The notes beneath the pieces were generated by a model, which saw only the letters and a program-made list of their open reading frames with translations, was not told where the DNA came from and searched no databases. From assembly GCA_051305935.1 (NCBI GenBank), contig JBPPMG010000529.1:1-56911 (forward strand): a stretch of DNA of 56,911 bases, read 5' to 3'. Below, in pieces: positions 19,367 to 29,928 of the stretch. This DNA comes from Thermoanaerobaculia bacterium. Its GTDB lineage: Bacteria > Acidobacteriota > Thermoanaerobaculia > Gp7-AA8. How positions within the stretch are numbered: position 1 is the first letter of the stretch; the number at the start of each line of letters is the position of its first letter. A program made the position numbers and the translations under genes.

Positions 19367-20149
19367 TCAACCCTCGACGTGAACGCCGAAGACAGACTCG
19401 AAGTTGCGTGTGGTGATCGATGCCACATCGTCGAGAGGAATCGACCAGAGCTCCGCCAGCGTCTCCGCGACGCGCAGCACCCACGCCGGCTCGTTGCGCT
19501 GTCCCCGATGCGGCACCGGCGCCAGATAAGGCGTGTCGGTCTCGATGAGGACGCGGTCGTGCGGGAGCCGGCGGGCGGCCTCACGCAGGCTGTCGGCGCT
19601 GCGAAAGGTCAGAATGCCGGAGAACGAGATGTAGAAGCCGCGGTCGACGAGCCTCGCGGCGACGTCGTACGACTCGGTGAACGAGTGGAGAATGCCGCGC
19701 ACGCCGCGCGACTCGTCGCTCTCGAGGATCGCGACGAGGTCGTCGGTCGACTCGCGGTTGTGGATCACGACCGGCAGATCGGTCCGCTTCGCGATCGCGA
19801 TCTGTCGCACGAGCGTCGCTCGCTGCACCTCGCGCGGCGAATGGTCGTAGTGGTAGTCGAGGCCAATCTCGCCAATCGCCACGACGCGCGGTCTCGCGGC
19901 GAGCCGCTCGACGAGCGTCGCCGCGTCGTCGTCGAAGTCCTTCGCCTCGTGCGGATGGAATCCGACCGCTGCCCAGACGTCTGGATTCGCTTCCGCGATC
20001 CGGACACACGCTTCCATGTCGTCGAGCCGGGTCGCAGGCACGACGAGCCCGGCGACTCCGGCGGCGCGCGAACGATCGAGCGCCTCGGCAGCGCCGTCGT
20101 ACATCGCAAGATGGCAGTGGCTGTCGGTGAATTTCGCCATCGTTCTCAA
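19367..20149 (-). CDS. tatD: TatD family metal-dependent hydrolase
   Basis: DSHCHL at the N-terminus, GEIGLDYHY, VVIHNRES, GILHSF and LIETDTPYLAPVPHRG are TatD motifs. Confidence 0.85.
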   Translation of the reverse strand: MRTMAKFTDSHCHLAMYDGAAEALDRSRAAGVAGLVVPATRLDDMEACVRIAEANPDVWAAVGFHPHEAKDFDDDAATLVERLAARPRVVAIGEIGLDYHYDHSPREVQRATLVRQIAIAKRTDLPVVIHNRESTDDLVAILESDESRGVRGILHSFTESYDVAARLVDRGFYISFSGILTFRSADSLREAARRLPHDRVLIETDTPYLAPVPHRGQRNEPAWVLRVAETLAELWSIPLDDVASITTRNFESVFGVHVEG

Positions 20150-21336
20150 ACGCGCTCGACGACCATCGAGATGCCCATGCCGCCCGAAACACAGAGTGTC
20201 GCGAGTCCCGTCGACTTGTCGAGGCGGCGCATCGCGTGAATCAGAGTCGTCAGAACGCGCGCGCCCGTGCAGCCGATCGGATGACCGAGCGCGATCGCTC
20301 CGCCGTTCACGTTCAGCCTCTCCCTGTCGAACCCGAGCTCCCGGTCACACGCGATCACCTGCGCGGCAAACGCCTCGTTCAGCTCGACGAGGTCGATGTC
20401 CGCCAGCGACATGCCAAGCTCGGCGAGAAGGTTCCGGGTCGCCGGCACCGGGCCGATCCCCATCACCTTCGGATCGACACCGGCCTGGGCGTAACCGAGG
20501 ATGCGCGCCGCGGGCCTCAGTCCGTGACGCCGCACCGCCTCGCCACTGGCGACGAGCATCGCCGCGGCGCCATCCGTGATTCCCGAGGAGTTCCCCGCGT
20601 GAACCGTTCCATCCGTCCGGAAGACCGGCGGAAGCCTGCTCATCCCTTCGACGGTAGCGTCGGGGCGCATGTGCTCGTCACGCGAGAACAGCACGGTGCC
20701 TTTCCGGGTCTCGACCGGATAGGCGACGACTTCCGCATCGAACGCGCCGGCTTCCCACGCTGCCGCCGCCCTCCGCTGCGACTCGACCGCGAACGCATCC
20801 TGATCGGCTCGCGCGATGCCGTACTGGTCGGCGAGATTCTCGGCGGTCGCGCCCATCATCTGATCGGCGAGGGGGCACATGAAGCCGTCGCGCGACATGC
20901 CGTCGACCAGCTCCGCGTCGCCCATCCGAAGCCCCCAGCGCACGCGCGGCACCATGTACGGAGTGTTGGACATCGATTCGGTCCCGCCCGCGAGAATCAG
21001 GTGGGCCTCACCGAGGCGGATCTGGTCGGCCCCGCTCCAGATGGCTCGCATGCCCGAGGCGCAGGCTTGGTTGACCGTGTACGCCGGCACCCTTTCCGAC
21101 AGGCCCGACCTGACACTGATCTGGCGTGCGGGATTCGGCCCGGCGCCCGCCTGGCGCGCGTGTCCGAAGATCAGCTCGTCGACCGCACCTCCGTCGACCC
21201 CGGCGCGCGATACCACCTCGCGGGCGATGAAACTTCCGAGCTGAACCGCGGACTCCGAAGCAAGCGATCCGCCGAATTTTCCGATCGGCGTCCGCAGCGG
21301 CTCGATGATGTAGATCTCTTCCTTCAGCTTAGACAT
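20146..21336 (-). CDS. Acetyl-CoA C-acetyltransferase (thiolase II)
   Basis: VNQACASGM (active-site Cys), [19 protein letters not shown] and LCVSGGMG thiolase signatures. 396 aa. Confidence 0.9.
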   Translation of the reverse strand: MSKLKEEIYIIEPLRTPIGKFGGSLASESAVQLGSFIAREVVSRAGVDGGAVDELIFGHARQAGAGPNPARQISVRSGLSERVPAYTVNQACASGMRAIWSGADQIRLGEAHLILAGGTESMSNTPYMVPRVRWGLRMGDAELVDGMSRDGFMCPLADQMMGATAENLADQYGIARADQDAFAVESQRRAAAAWEAGAFDAEVVAYPVETRKGTVLFSRDEHMRPDATVEGMSRLPPVFRTDGTVHAGNSSGITDGAAAMLVASGEAVRRHGLRPAARILGYAQAGVDPKVMGIGPVPATRNLLAELGMSLADIDLVELNEAFAAQVIACDRELGFDRERLNVNGGAIALGHPIGCTGARVLTTLIHAMRRLDKSTGLATLCVSGGMGISMVVERV

Positions 21337-22357
21337 GTTCGATCACCCTGCCATCCAAGAGGTCGAGCACCAGCGTCCTGTAGGTCTCGACCGCGGCGAG
21401 AATATCGCTCTTCGCGATCTTCTCGCGGTCCGTGTGAGCGTCGAGAATCGATCCCGGCCCGAAGAGCAGCGGTCGTCCGAGATTTCGAAGATGCGGCGCG
21501 TCGGTGTTGAACGCGACGACGGTCGATCGCGCGCCGTGCGGCACCATCATCGGCACCGGCGCGTTGCCGTACCACCGCGAGACGCGCCCGTCGAAGGGAG
21601 CCACGAGGCTCTCCAGGCGTCGAAGGACGATCTCGGGCTCCTCGACGACACGAAAAATCAACTCCAGCTCCGCGGAAGGCGGAACGATGTTCGCCTTCAG
21701 TCCGCCACGCACGACGCCGACGTTCGCGGTCGTGGGGCCGAGCGACGGAGACTCGCCCCAGTCGCATGCAGAGATCGCGCGAATCGCCTCGGCGAGTTTC
21801 ACGATCGCGGAATCGCCTCGCTCGGGGTATGCCGAATGCGCCGCGACCCCGGCGAACTCCACTTTCGCGGTCAGCGCTCCCTTCGTCGCTCGGACGAAGG
21901 TCGATTCCGTCGGCTCGCCGACGACGACGTATTCGCTTCCCAGGCCCGCGAAGTGCTCGTTGGCGCGCTTCGCGCCGATCGAGTCGGTCTCCTCGCCCAC
22001 CACGAGCAGGAGCCCGAAGTCTTTCACTCCGGCGCCGAGCAGCGCCTCCGCGGCGCAGATCATCGCCGCCATCAACCCCTTCGTATCGCAGGCGCCGCGG
22101 CCGTACACGTGCGAGCCGTCTTCGGACGACCCGAAGACAGGGGGCACCGTATCGATGTGCGTGCAGAGAATCACCCGCGGCCGCACGGCCGTGCGGGCCA
22201 GAATGTTGAAGCGGTCGTCGGACACGTAATGCCGCTCGCACGCGAAACCGAGCGAGGCGAGCAGAGAATCGAGATGCTCGCCGATCTCGCGCTCGAAGTC
22301 GGTGGGCGATGGAATGTCGATCAGTTGACGGGCGAGGGCGATCGGGTCGATGGGCAT
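21329..22357 (-). CDS. M20 family metallopeptidase (ArgE/DapE-like deacylase)
   Basis: Start taken at ATG 22357 (MPIDPIALARQLIDIPSPT). ILCTHIDTVP, GRGACDTKG and LLVVGEETDS are M20 metal and catalytic motifs. Confidence 0.8.
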   Translation of the reverse strand: MPIDPIALARQLIDIPSPTDFEREIGEHLDSLLASLGFACERHYVSDDRFNILARTAVRPRVILCTHIDTVPPVFGSSEDGSHVYGRGACDTKGLMAAMICAAEALLGAGVKDFGLLLVVGEETDSIGAKRANEHFAGLGSEYVVVGEPTESTFVRATKGALTAKVEFAGVAAHSAYPERGDSAIVKLAEAIRAISACDWGESPSLGPTTANVGVVRGGLKANIVPPSAELELIFRVVEEPEIVLRRLESLVAPFDGRVSRWYGNAPVPMMVPHGARSTVVAFNTDAPHLRNLGRPLLFGPGSILDAHTDREKIAKSDILAAVETYRTLVLDLLDGRVIEHV

Positions 22358-22380
22358 CGGTGGTTTCTCTCCGCAGGACG

Positions 22381-24207
22381 CTACGGACGGCGGATCGGCC
22401 GCTGCGGCGGCGCGGAACCGGAGCCCGGCACAGGTTTGCCTCCCGGTCCACGGCCGTCGAGACCGACTCCGATCGGCGCGGGACAATCGGTCGCACCTCG
22501 CTTCGTGGCCGCGCGCCGCAATTCGTTGTACAGGCGGTCGAACGGCGCGTCCTTACACGCAGCGTCCATGGCGATGATGTCGCCGTCGACGATTGCGCGG
22601 CCGAAGCGGGCGGTCAGCGCATCCCGGCGTTCGAGTCCCTCGCCGATCTCGGCAGCGCGCTTGAAGTCGCCCAACGCCTCCTGGGGGCTTCTCAGGAGCA
22701 GGGCTAGCTCCCCGGTTCGAACCCAGCCTGACGCGTTCTCCGGTTCGAGCGTGACGACCTTCCTGAATGACTCCCAGGCCTCGAGCGGCTGGCGTCGATC
22801 GAGCTGCGAGAGTCCCTGCTCGTAGTAATAGTCGGCGAGCTCCGTCTTCGTCGCGTTCGCTGGCGGCGCTACGGTCCTGCTGCCGGCGTCACCACGCACG
22901 AGCAACGGAGGCTGACGCGCCGGCTTCGGCTCGACTGCCGAAGTCTGCGTGGAGCTCGTTGAAGACGTGTCCGAAAGCGCTGCCGCGGGAGCGACATCGG
23001 CAATCGTCGCCGTCGCAACCACCGAGGTCCCGGACTGCCCCACAGCGGGAGGGGCCACGGAAATGTCGGTTCCGACGACAGCCGGCGCGTCCCGGCCAAC
23101 GGTCGTCGCATCAGCCGCCGATACTGCCTTCGCGGGACGTGTGAAGTACCATGCGGTGCCGACGACGCTCGTGATCACCACTGCGACCATCGCCACGATC
23201 CAGGGGAGCACCGACGCTTTCTCTGGCGGCGGGCGTCGCTCGATCTCGGTTCGCGGTGTTCGCTTCAGCGTCGGCTGCAGGGCCGGCTTGGGCGTCGTGA
23301 TCATCGTCGCGATCGCATTTTCGTTCCCTGGCGCGGCGGGCGCGACGAAGACATCCGTCGACGCCAGCGATAGCGCGCCGAGAGCATCCGAAAGCTCCCG
23401 CGCGGTCGGGTACCTGCGGACCGGATCCTTCTCGAGACAGCGCATCACGATGGTGCCGAGCTTCGGGGAGACGCCGGGACGCGTCGCTCTCACGTGCGCC
23501 GGGTCGTCGCGGATGATCCGGGTCAGGGTCAGCGCGGGAGAGTCACCCTCGAACGGGAGCCTCCCGGTGAGCGCCTCGTACATCACGACGCCGAGCGAGA
23601 AGATGTCGCTGCGACCGTCGAGCAGTTGTCCCATCGCCTGTTCCGGCGACATGTACTGCACGGTCCCGATGATGATCCCGGCCTGCGTCCGGAACTCCGT
23701 GATGCTCTTGGCCGAGCCCGTGTCTCCGGCTTCGAGCCCGTAACGCTTTGCGATGCCGAAGTCGAGCACCTTCACGCGCTGGCCGGCGACGACGACATTG
23801 TCCGGCTTGATGTCGCGGTGGACGATCCCCTTGTCGTGCGCTTCCGCAAGCGCCTCGGCGACACCTCTTGCAACGGCGACCACTTCCGCCTCGCGCATCG
23901 TTCCCGACCGGATCAGGTGAGAGAGCGGCTCGCCGTCGACGAACTCCATCACGAGAAACGCGCGATCGTCCTTCTGATCGATCGCGTGAATCGTCGCGAT
24001 GTTCGGGTGATTCAATTGCGCGGCCATTCGCGCCTCACGCTTGAACCGCTCGTTCGACTCCCGGTCCTGCGCATTCGCCGCCGGAAGGATCTTGATCGCG
24101 ACAGTCCGGCGAAGCGCGACGTCTTCCGCTTTCCAGACTTCGCCCATCCCTCCCGAGCCGATACGCTCGATCAGGCGGCAGGATCCGAACAGCTCACCCG
24201 TCTCCAT
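22381..24207 (-). CDS. Ser/Thr protein kinase with TM segment and C-terminal TPR-like domain
   Basis: GSGGMGEVWKA..VAIK, HRDIKPDNV, DFGIAK and YMSPEQ kinase subdomains. A TM helix (LPWIVAMVAVVITSVVGTAWYF) and a C-terminal TPR-like region follow. Confidence 0.85.
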   Translation of the reverse strand: METGELFGSCRLIERIGSGGMGEVWKAEDVALRRTVAIKILPAANAQDRESNERFKREARMAAQLNHPNIATIHAIDQKDDRAFLVMEFVDGEPLSHLIRSGTMREAEVVAVARGVAEALAEAHDKGIVHRDIKPDNVVVAGQRVKVLDFGIAKRYGLEAGDTGSAKSITEFRTQAGIIIGTVQYMSPEQAMGQLLDGRSDIFSLGVVMYEALTGRLPFEGDSPALTLTRIIRDDPAHVRATRPGVSPKLGTIVMRCLEKDPVRRYPTARELSDALGALSLASTDVFVAPAAPGNENAIATMITTPKPALQPTLKRTPRTEIERRPPPEKASVLPWIVAMVAVVITSVVGTAWYFTRPAKAVSAADATTVGRDAPAVVGTDISVAPPAVGQSGTSVVATATIADVAPAAALSDTSSTSSTQTSAVEPKPARQPPLLVRGDAGSRTVAPPANATKTELADYYYEQGLSQLDRRQPLEAWESFRKVVTLEPENASGWVRTGELALLLRSPQEALGDFKRAAEIGEGLERRDALTARFGRAIVDGDIIAMDAACKDAPFDRLYNELRRAATKRGATDCPAPIGVGLDGRGPGGKPVPGSGSAPPQRPIRRP

Positions 24208-24325
24208 CGATTGCTGATTCTACAGGGCCGGAAGCCGTACTCCACGCTTACCATCCATCGACAGGAACCTCCGGACAGTGAGAGCGCTACCATGCCAGCT
24301 ACCCGCAAGGAGTGGAGGCTAGGAG

Positions 24326-24832
24326 ATGCGTCGTGTCCGAAAGAATCAGGAGGGGCTGACCCTCATCGAGCTTCTCGTCGTTGTCGGGATCATCGGCGTG
24401 CTCTCCGCGATCGCGATCGTCAATTACATGGTTGCGCTCGACAAGGCCAAGCAGAAGAAGACGATGTCCGACATGCGCTCCATCGCGAGCGCGTGGGAAG
24501 CTCGCGCAACCGATCGCGGCACCTACAGCGCGGCGGGACAGAGCCCGGCGTTCGTCTGGCCCTCGGTTGACATCACTGGTGAAGACCTCGAGGAGTTGCT
24601 GACGCCGACTTACATCCGGCCGATGGCACGCGCCGACGGCTGGGGCTTCGCGTTCGACTACGGGCTCGATCTGGCAGTCGGGGACGAAAGCGGTGCGACG
24701 ATCTACGCGATCCGGTCCGCGGGCCGTGACGGGCTCTTCGAGTCGGCGTATCCCACGCCGACGACCACTCGATTCGAGTGCGACATCGTCTTCTCGAACG
24801 GCCAGTTCGTCGTAGTTCCGGCGATCAAGTGA
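24326..24832 (+). CDS. Type II secretion/type IV pilin-like pseudopilin (prepilin N-terminal methylation domain)
   Basis: QEGLTLIELLVVVGIIGVLSAIAIVNY is a class III signal/methylation motif. ATG at 24326 after GGAGG. Confidence 0.8.
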   Translation: MRRVRKNQEGLTLIELLVVVGIIGVLSAIAIVNYMVALDKAKQKKTMSDMRSIASAWEARATDRGTYSAAGQSPAFVWPSVDITGEDLEELLTPTYIRPMARADGWGFAFDYGLDLAVGDESGATIYAIRSAGRDGLFESAYPTPTTTRFECDIVFSNGQFVVVPAIK

Positions 24833-26014
24833 TCAACGCGGCATCGCCCGCGCGACGATTACGTTGAGCTTCGCCCGCACCGCCTGAATCGTCGTCGGGC
24901 CTACGACCGGGTGAATCCGGTTCGTCATCAGCGCGATCGCGACACGCGATTCCGGATCACACCAGACACTGCAGCCGGTGAAGCCGGTGTGTCCGAACGC
25001 GTCGCGCGAGAGCGCCGCCGCCGGGTGCGACGGCGCCCCGCCGCGCAGAAGCCAGCCGAGACCACGATTCTCCGACAGCCCGAGCGTGCGATTCCGCGTG
25101 GCGAGCACGCGCAACGAGCGGGAGAAGAGCGCGCGTTCGTCGTCCATCCAGGCGCTCGCGAGCGCGACTACGTCGCCCGCCGATGCGAAGAGCCCAGCGT
25201 TTCCCGCCGCTCCGCCCAGATGAAATGCGTTGCCGTCGTTGACCTCTCCATGGATCAGCGCGTCGCGAAACCCGTCGAATTCGAGCCCCCGATCGTGGAC
25301 CAACTCCTTCTCGTGCGCGTTGCCCAGCTCGGTGGGAGCGATGCGCGGTCGGAGCGATGCGTCGGGTGACAGGGCCGAATCGCGCAGACCCAGCGGACGG
25401 AACAGCAGCTCCTCGGCGAGCTCGCGGAGCGAACGATCGAACACTCTCTCGAGGGCGATGCCGAGAAGGATGAACCCGAGACACGAGTAGATCGCGCTGC
25501 TCCCGGGCCAGTACCGAAGCGGACGCCGCGCGAGCGACGCTAGGTACGACGTCGCGCCGGAACCCTCAACATACAGCGGATACCAGGCCTGAAAGCCGGC
25601 GCGATGCGTGAGCAGATCCGCGACGGTCACACGATCGACATGAGGCGATGCGCGGAGCTCCGGAGCGACCCGGACGATCTGCGCGTCGAGCCGGAGCAAC
25701 CCCCGCTCCACGGCGATCATCGTCAATGCCCCGGTCACGAGTGGCTTCGTGAGCGAGGCGGCGTCCCATATCGTGTCGACCCGCGCCTCGGCGGGTGCCG
25801 GAACCCTGGCGGCGAGCCCGCGAGCGCCCGAAACCACCTGCCCGTCGCCGAACCGCACGGCCCAGGCAGCACCCGGAAACTCACCCGCCGCGATCTGCGC
25901 GTCGAGCAGCGCTTCGATCGCGCCCCGCATCTCACCCTCTCCGGCCCACATTGCACACATTTCGCGACACTCTCCCTGACCGCACTGTCCCGCCGCGGAC
26001 GACGCGGAAACCAC
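24833..26014 (-). CDS. Serine hydrolase, beta-lactamase/transpeptidase family
   Basis: ASLTKP (SxxK), YSCLGF (YxN-like) and HTGFTGCSVW (HxG) motifs. The start is uncertain, with in-frame ATGs at 25960, 25951 and 25930. Confidence 0.75.
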   Translation of the reverse strand: MVSASSAAGQCGQGECREMCAMWAGEGEMRGAIEALLDAQIAAGEFPGAAWAVRFGDGQVVSGARGLAARVPAPAEARVDTIWDAASLTKPLVTGALTMIAVERGLLRLDAQIVRVAPELRASPHVDRVTVADLLTHRAGFQAWYPLYVEGSGATSYLASLARRPLRYWPGSSAIYSCLGFILLGIALERVFDRSLRELAEELLFRPLGLRDSALSPDASLRPRIAPTELGNAHEKELVHDRGLEFDGFRDALIHGEVNDGNAFHLGGAAGNAGLFASAGDVVALASAWMDDERALFSRSLRVLATRNRTLGLSENRGLGWLLRGGAPSHPAAALSRDAFGHTGFTGCSVWCDPESRVAIALMTNRIHPVVGPTTIQAVRAKLNVIVARAMPR

Positions 26015-26154
26015 GCCATATTCTGGGGCAAAACGACTTGGGCATCGCGGACTCTTTCGCCGCGATTCCGCGTTCTCCGTTCCGCTGGTTGGGGTGGGGT
26101 GAATCTGCTAAGATCCGCCGTCCTCGACAGCGAGAATCAGGTAAATCACGCGAA

Positions 26155-29100
26155 ATGTTCCGTCTCGAAAAACTCCAGATCAACGGATTCAAGTCCTTCT
26201 ACGATCCCGCCGAGATTCTCTTCCCGGCGTCGCTGACGGCCATCGTCGGCCCGAACGGCTGCGGCAAGTCGAACATCTCAGACGCGCTGATCTGGGTTCT
26301 CGGCGAGCATCGCGCCTCGAACATCCGCGGCGAGAAGATGGAAGACGTGATCTTCCAGGGCTCCGAGCGGCGCAAGGCGCTGGGCATGGGCGAGGCGACG
26401 ATCACGCTCCAGACCTCGGGTGAACACCCCGCGGCCGAAGACGGCCGCATCGTCATCTCGCGACGGGTCTACCGCTCCGGCGAATCGGAGTTCAGGCTCA
26501 ACGGCAAGCGCGTCCGGCTCAAGGACATCTCCGACATCCTGATGGATACCGGTCTCGGCATCCGCAATTACTCGGTGATGGAGCAGGGAAAGATCGACCT
26601 GATCGTCTCGAACAAGCCGCAGGACCGTCGCAAGCTGATCGAAGAAGCGGCCGGCATCACGAAGTACAAGACGAAGCGCCGCGCCGCCGAGCTCAAGCTC
26701 GACGAAACGCAGGCGAACCTCGTCCGCATCGACGACACCCTCGCGGAAGTCACGCGGAACCTCAACTCGCTGAAACGGCAGGCAGCGAAGGCGCGCCGCC
26801 ACAAGGAGCTCGTCGACCAGCTCGCCGGCGCGAAGCGCTCGCTCTACGCCGGCCGCATCCTGGCGGCGCGCGCCGAGAGCGGCGAGAGCGAAGCGGCCGT
26901 CGTCGTCGCGCAGAATCTCGAGAGCGAGTCGGCGGCAATCCTCGGCGGCGACGAAGCGCTCCTCGCGGAAACGCGCACGCAGTTCGCCGAGCGCTCCTCG
27001 CAGGCCTCGGCGCTCCGCGAGGAGCTCGCCCGCCTCGGCTCCGAGGCCGAACGCCTCCGCTCGTTCCTCGCACAGTCCGAGACGAACCTGACGGATCTCA
27101 CGCAGCGCAATCAGAACGCGCGCGCGCAGGTCGCGTCAATCGAAGTTGACGCCCTCGAGCAGCAGAACGTGCTCGCGGAGAAAGGTCGCGCGCTCGAAGG
27201 CGCGACCGTGGAACGCGATCGCCTTCGCGCCGTCTCCGAAGAGCACGAGCGCGATCGCCAGGCGCAGGGCGACGCCGTTCGGACGATGGAGCGCGAGCTC
27301 GCCACGTCGCGCGAGCTGCAGATGAAGACGATCGCGCGCATTTCCGAGTCGCGCAATCAGCTCCACCAGCTCGAGATCGCGGTCGAGAAGTGCGACTTCT
27401 ACCTCGGCAAGCTGATCGACACCGCGAAGAAAGCCTCCGAAGAGTTGAGCGGCGCATCGCAGCGGATGACCGAGTGGCAGCAGGCGGTCGCCGACGCCGA
27501 GACGGCCCTCGCGGCGGCCTCGGCCGCATCGAAAGCGGCGCTCGAGCTCCGCGACGAGCTTGCCGCGCGCCGCCAGCAGACGCTCGACACGCTCAAGAGC
27601 ACGCGCGATTCGATCTCGCAGACGACCTACCGGATCGATTCGCTCCGCTCGCTCCTCACTTCGCTCGAGTCGCAGGACGAGGATGTGCGTCGCGCGATCC
27701 TCGAGTTCGTACCGCACGTGCGCTCGGCCGCCGAATCGGTCAGCGCCGCGCCCGGTTTCGAATCGGCGCTCGACACGCTGCTGCGCGACATCACCCGCGC
27801 GCTCGTCGTCGACGACTCGCGCACCGCCATCGACGCGATCCGCAGGCTGCACGAGCGCGGCGCGGGGCGCGGCGCCTTCCTCGCGATCGACTTCACGCCC
27901 GACGGCGGCACCTCGATTCGCACTTCGATTGCCGACGCCATCGTCGGCGACGGGCCGATCGCCGATGCTGTGCGCTCGAGCGTCCCCGAGGCGTTCGTCG
28001 TCGACTCGCTGGAAGCCGCGACCGTCGAAGCGCGCCGGAAACCGGATGCAACCTTCATCACCCGCGACGGCGACATCGTTCGCGGCCCGCTGATGATCGG
28101 CGGCAAGAAGGAAGGGACGCGCGGGATCTTCGAGATCAAGCGCCAGTTGCACGACCTCGAGCAGTTGCTCTCCAACGAAGAGCAGAAGGCGACCGGGATC
28201 GCGAGCCAGCTCGAGACGCTCGAACGCGAGCTCGCCGACGCCGACGAAGCCCGCATCTTCGCCGAGGAGACGGCGCGCCAGGCCGAGAGCGAGCTTCGCG
28301 ACAAGGTTGCCGCGCGCGACCGCGTGCGCACCGAGCTTCAGCGCTTCGAGCAGGATCTCGCCGTCGCAACCGAGGAGCGGTCGCTCTACGAAGACGAGCG
28401 CCGCCAGCTCGAGCAGCGCCGCGTCGAGGCGACCACGACGCTGCAGACGCAGGAATCGGCCGAGCGCGAGACGCACCAGCGGATCGCAGATCTCGAGCAG
28501 GGCCTGACCGACGCGCGTGCCCGCTTCGAGACGATCACCGAAGTTGCTTCGAGCGCGCGTGTCGAGCTCGAGACGGCGATCGGAAACGTCAACGCGACGC
28601 AGCGCGAGTACGAAAACTTCTCGCGGATCGTCGCCTCGCTCACGCAGCGATACGAGCAGCTTCAGTCCGAGATCGCGTCGCTCGACGAGAAGATCGGCGA
28701 GACCGGCGTCGCTGCCGATGCGGCGCGTGTCGAGCTCGACGGCGCCCTCACGAAGCACCACGAGGTGAGCGAGCGGCGTGTGACGCTCGAGGCCGAAGTG
28801 GCGGAGCTCGAGGCTTCGGTGACCGGGCTCGAGGCAAAAGCCGTCGCGTCGCGCGCCGACTGGAACGCGAAGCGCGACCACCTCTTCGAAGCGGAACGAC
28901 GGCTCGACCGTGCGAGCTCGGCGCTCGACCTGTTGCGCGAGCAGCTCTCGCTCGACCTGCACTGCACCATCGACATGCTTGACGACGCGCTGCCGCCCGA
29001 GAGCGACGAGGCGCGCGGCGACCTCGACTCGAAGGTCACGCAGCTCGCCGAACAGATCGAGCGGATCGGCCCGGTCAACGTCCTCGCGATCGAGGAGTAC

Positions 29101-29670
29101 AAGGAGCTCGAAGAGCGCGAGCACTTCCTGCGCACGCAGCGCGACGACCTCGTCCAGGCGATCGAGTCGCTGCGCCAGACGATCCGCAAGATCAACGTCA
29201 CCTCGCGCGAGCTCTTCCGCGAGGCGTTCACCGCGGTCAATCTCTACTTCATCGAGATCTTCCAGTCGCTCTTCGGCGGCGGCCGCGCCGGCATCCAACT
29301 CCTCGACGAGGAAGACATCCTCGAGAGCGGCATCGAGATCATCGCGCAGCCTCCCGGCAAGAAGACGCAGTCGATCACGCTCCTCTCCGGCGGCGAGCGG
29401 GCGCTCACCGCGCTCGCGCTGCTCTTCGCGATCTTCCGCTACAAGCCGAGCCCTTTTTGCCTGCTCGACGAAGTCGACGCGCCGCTCGACGAAGTCAACA
29501 ACGAGCGCTTCGTCCGCCTCGTGCGCCAGATGTCGAGCGACACGCAGTTCATCGTCATCACGCACTCGAAGCGGACGATGGAAGCGGCCGAGGCGCTCTA
29601 CGGCGTCACGATGGAAGAAGCCGGCTGCTCGCGCCTCGTCTCGGTGAACTTCGCCGAAATGGAAGCGTGA
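26155..29670 (+). CDS. smc: Chromosome partition protein SMC
   Basis: Start ATG 26155 (MFRLEKLQINGFKSF). Walker A GPNGCGKSN, long coiled coils with a central hinge, signature LSGGERALTALALLFA and Walker B FCLLDEVDAPLD. Confidence 0.9.
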   Translation: MFRLEKLQINGFKSFYDPAEILFPASLTAIVGPNGCGKSNISDALIWVLGEHRASNIRGEKMEDVIFQGSERRKALGMGEATITLQTSGEHPAAEDGRIVISRRVYRSGESEFRLNGKRVRLKDISDILMDTGLGIRNYSVMEQGKIDLIVSNKPQDRRKLIEEAAGITKYKTKRRAAELKLDETQANLVRIDDTLAEVTRNLNSLKRQAAKARRHKELVDQLAGAKRSLYAGRILAARAESGESEAAVVVAQNLESESAAILGGDEALLAETRTQFAERSSQASALREELARLGSEAERLRSFLAQSETNLTDLTQRNQNARAQVASIEVDALEQQNVLAEKGRALEGATVERDRLRAVSEEHERDRQAQGDAVRTMERELATSRELQMKTIARISESRNQLHQLEIAVEKCDFYLGKLIDTAKKASEELSGASQRMTEWQQAVADAETALAAASAASKAALELRDELAARRQQTLDTLKSTRDSISQTTYRIDSLRSLLTSLESQDEDVRRAILEFVPHVRSAAESVSAAPGFESALDTLLRDITRALVVDDSRTAIDAIRRLHERGAGRGAFLAIDFTPDGGTSIRTSIADAIVGDGPIADAVRSSVPEAFVVDSLEAATVEARRKPDATFITRDGDIVRGPLMIGGKKEGTRGIFEIKRQLHDLEQLLSNEEQKATGIASQLETLERELADADEARIFAEETARQAESELRDKVAARDRVRTELQRFEQDLAVATEERSLYEDERRQLEQRRVEATTTLQTQESAERETHQRIADLEQGLTDARARFETITEVASSARVELETAIGNVNATQREYENFSRIVASLTQRYEQLQSEIASLDEKIGETGVAADAARVELDGALTKHHEVSERRVTLEAEVAELEASVTGLEAKAVASRADWNAKRDHLFEAERRLDRASSALDLLREQLSLDLHCTIDMLDDALPPESDEARGDLDSKVTQLAEQIERIGPVNVLAIEEYKELEEREHFLRTQRDDLVQAIESLRQTIRKINVTSRELFREAFTAVNLYFIEIFQSLFGGGRAGIQLLDEEDILESGIEIIAQPPGKKTQSITLLSGGERALTALALLFAIFRYKPSPFCLLDEVDAPLDEVNNERFVRLVRQMSSDTQFIVITHSKRTMEAAEALYGVTMEEAGCSRLVSVNFAEMEA

Positions 29671-29829
29671 GGCGCGCCAGCCACCTTCAATCCACTCGAC
29701 CGCAGGCGGCGATGACGCGGATCGTCATGAGTGCCGGCGTGAGGCGCGGCGCTTCACCAAACGGCCGATTGGCTTGTTTATCCTGACGCGCGGAACGCCA
29801 GCCGCCTAACGGCCGGACAAACATTCAAG

Positions 29830-29860
29830 TGTGTCAGGGGTCACTTGACACCCCCCCCCC
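29830..29860 (+). promoter_or_regulatory. Dyad GTGTCA-N9-TGACAC containing a TTGACA hexamer, immediately followed by an 11-nt poly(C) tract, upstream of the RHS gene
   Basis: Read directly: GTGTCA 29830..29835, TGACAC 29845..29850 (TTGACA 29844..29849), C x11 at 29850..29860, and the RHS ATG at 29929. Promoter function is inferred only. Confidence 0.3.
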
Positions 29861-29928
29861 ATCGTCGGTCAGGATGTGCGCGCTCCAACTGCATCCGACA
29901 ACCAACGAACCGACAAACGGGAGTTTCC

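Noticed and set aside
20236-22825. Plus-strand ORFs 20236..21510 and 21335..22825, and the alternate minus frame 21324..22496
   Set aside because: They overlap the thiolase and M20 peptidase genes, both of which have clear catalytic motifs. Their translations are low-complexity Arg-rich.
25795-26154. 120-codon upstream extension of the smc ORF
   Set aside because: The extension is Arg/Pro-rich, overlaps the serine-hydrolase gene on the other strand and precedes the canonical SMC N-terminus MFRLEKLQINGFKSF.
27136-29565. 809-aa minus-strand ORF (and several other long ORFs at 27390..28982, 28910..29647 and elsewhere) inside smc
   Set aside because: They are antisense or out-of-frame relative to an unmistakable SMC gene. 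Their composition is dominated by R/A/E/L/D runs, a GC-driven artefact.
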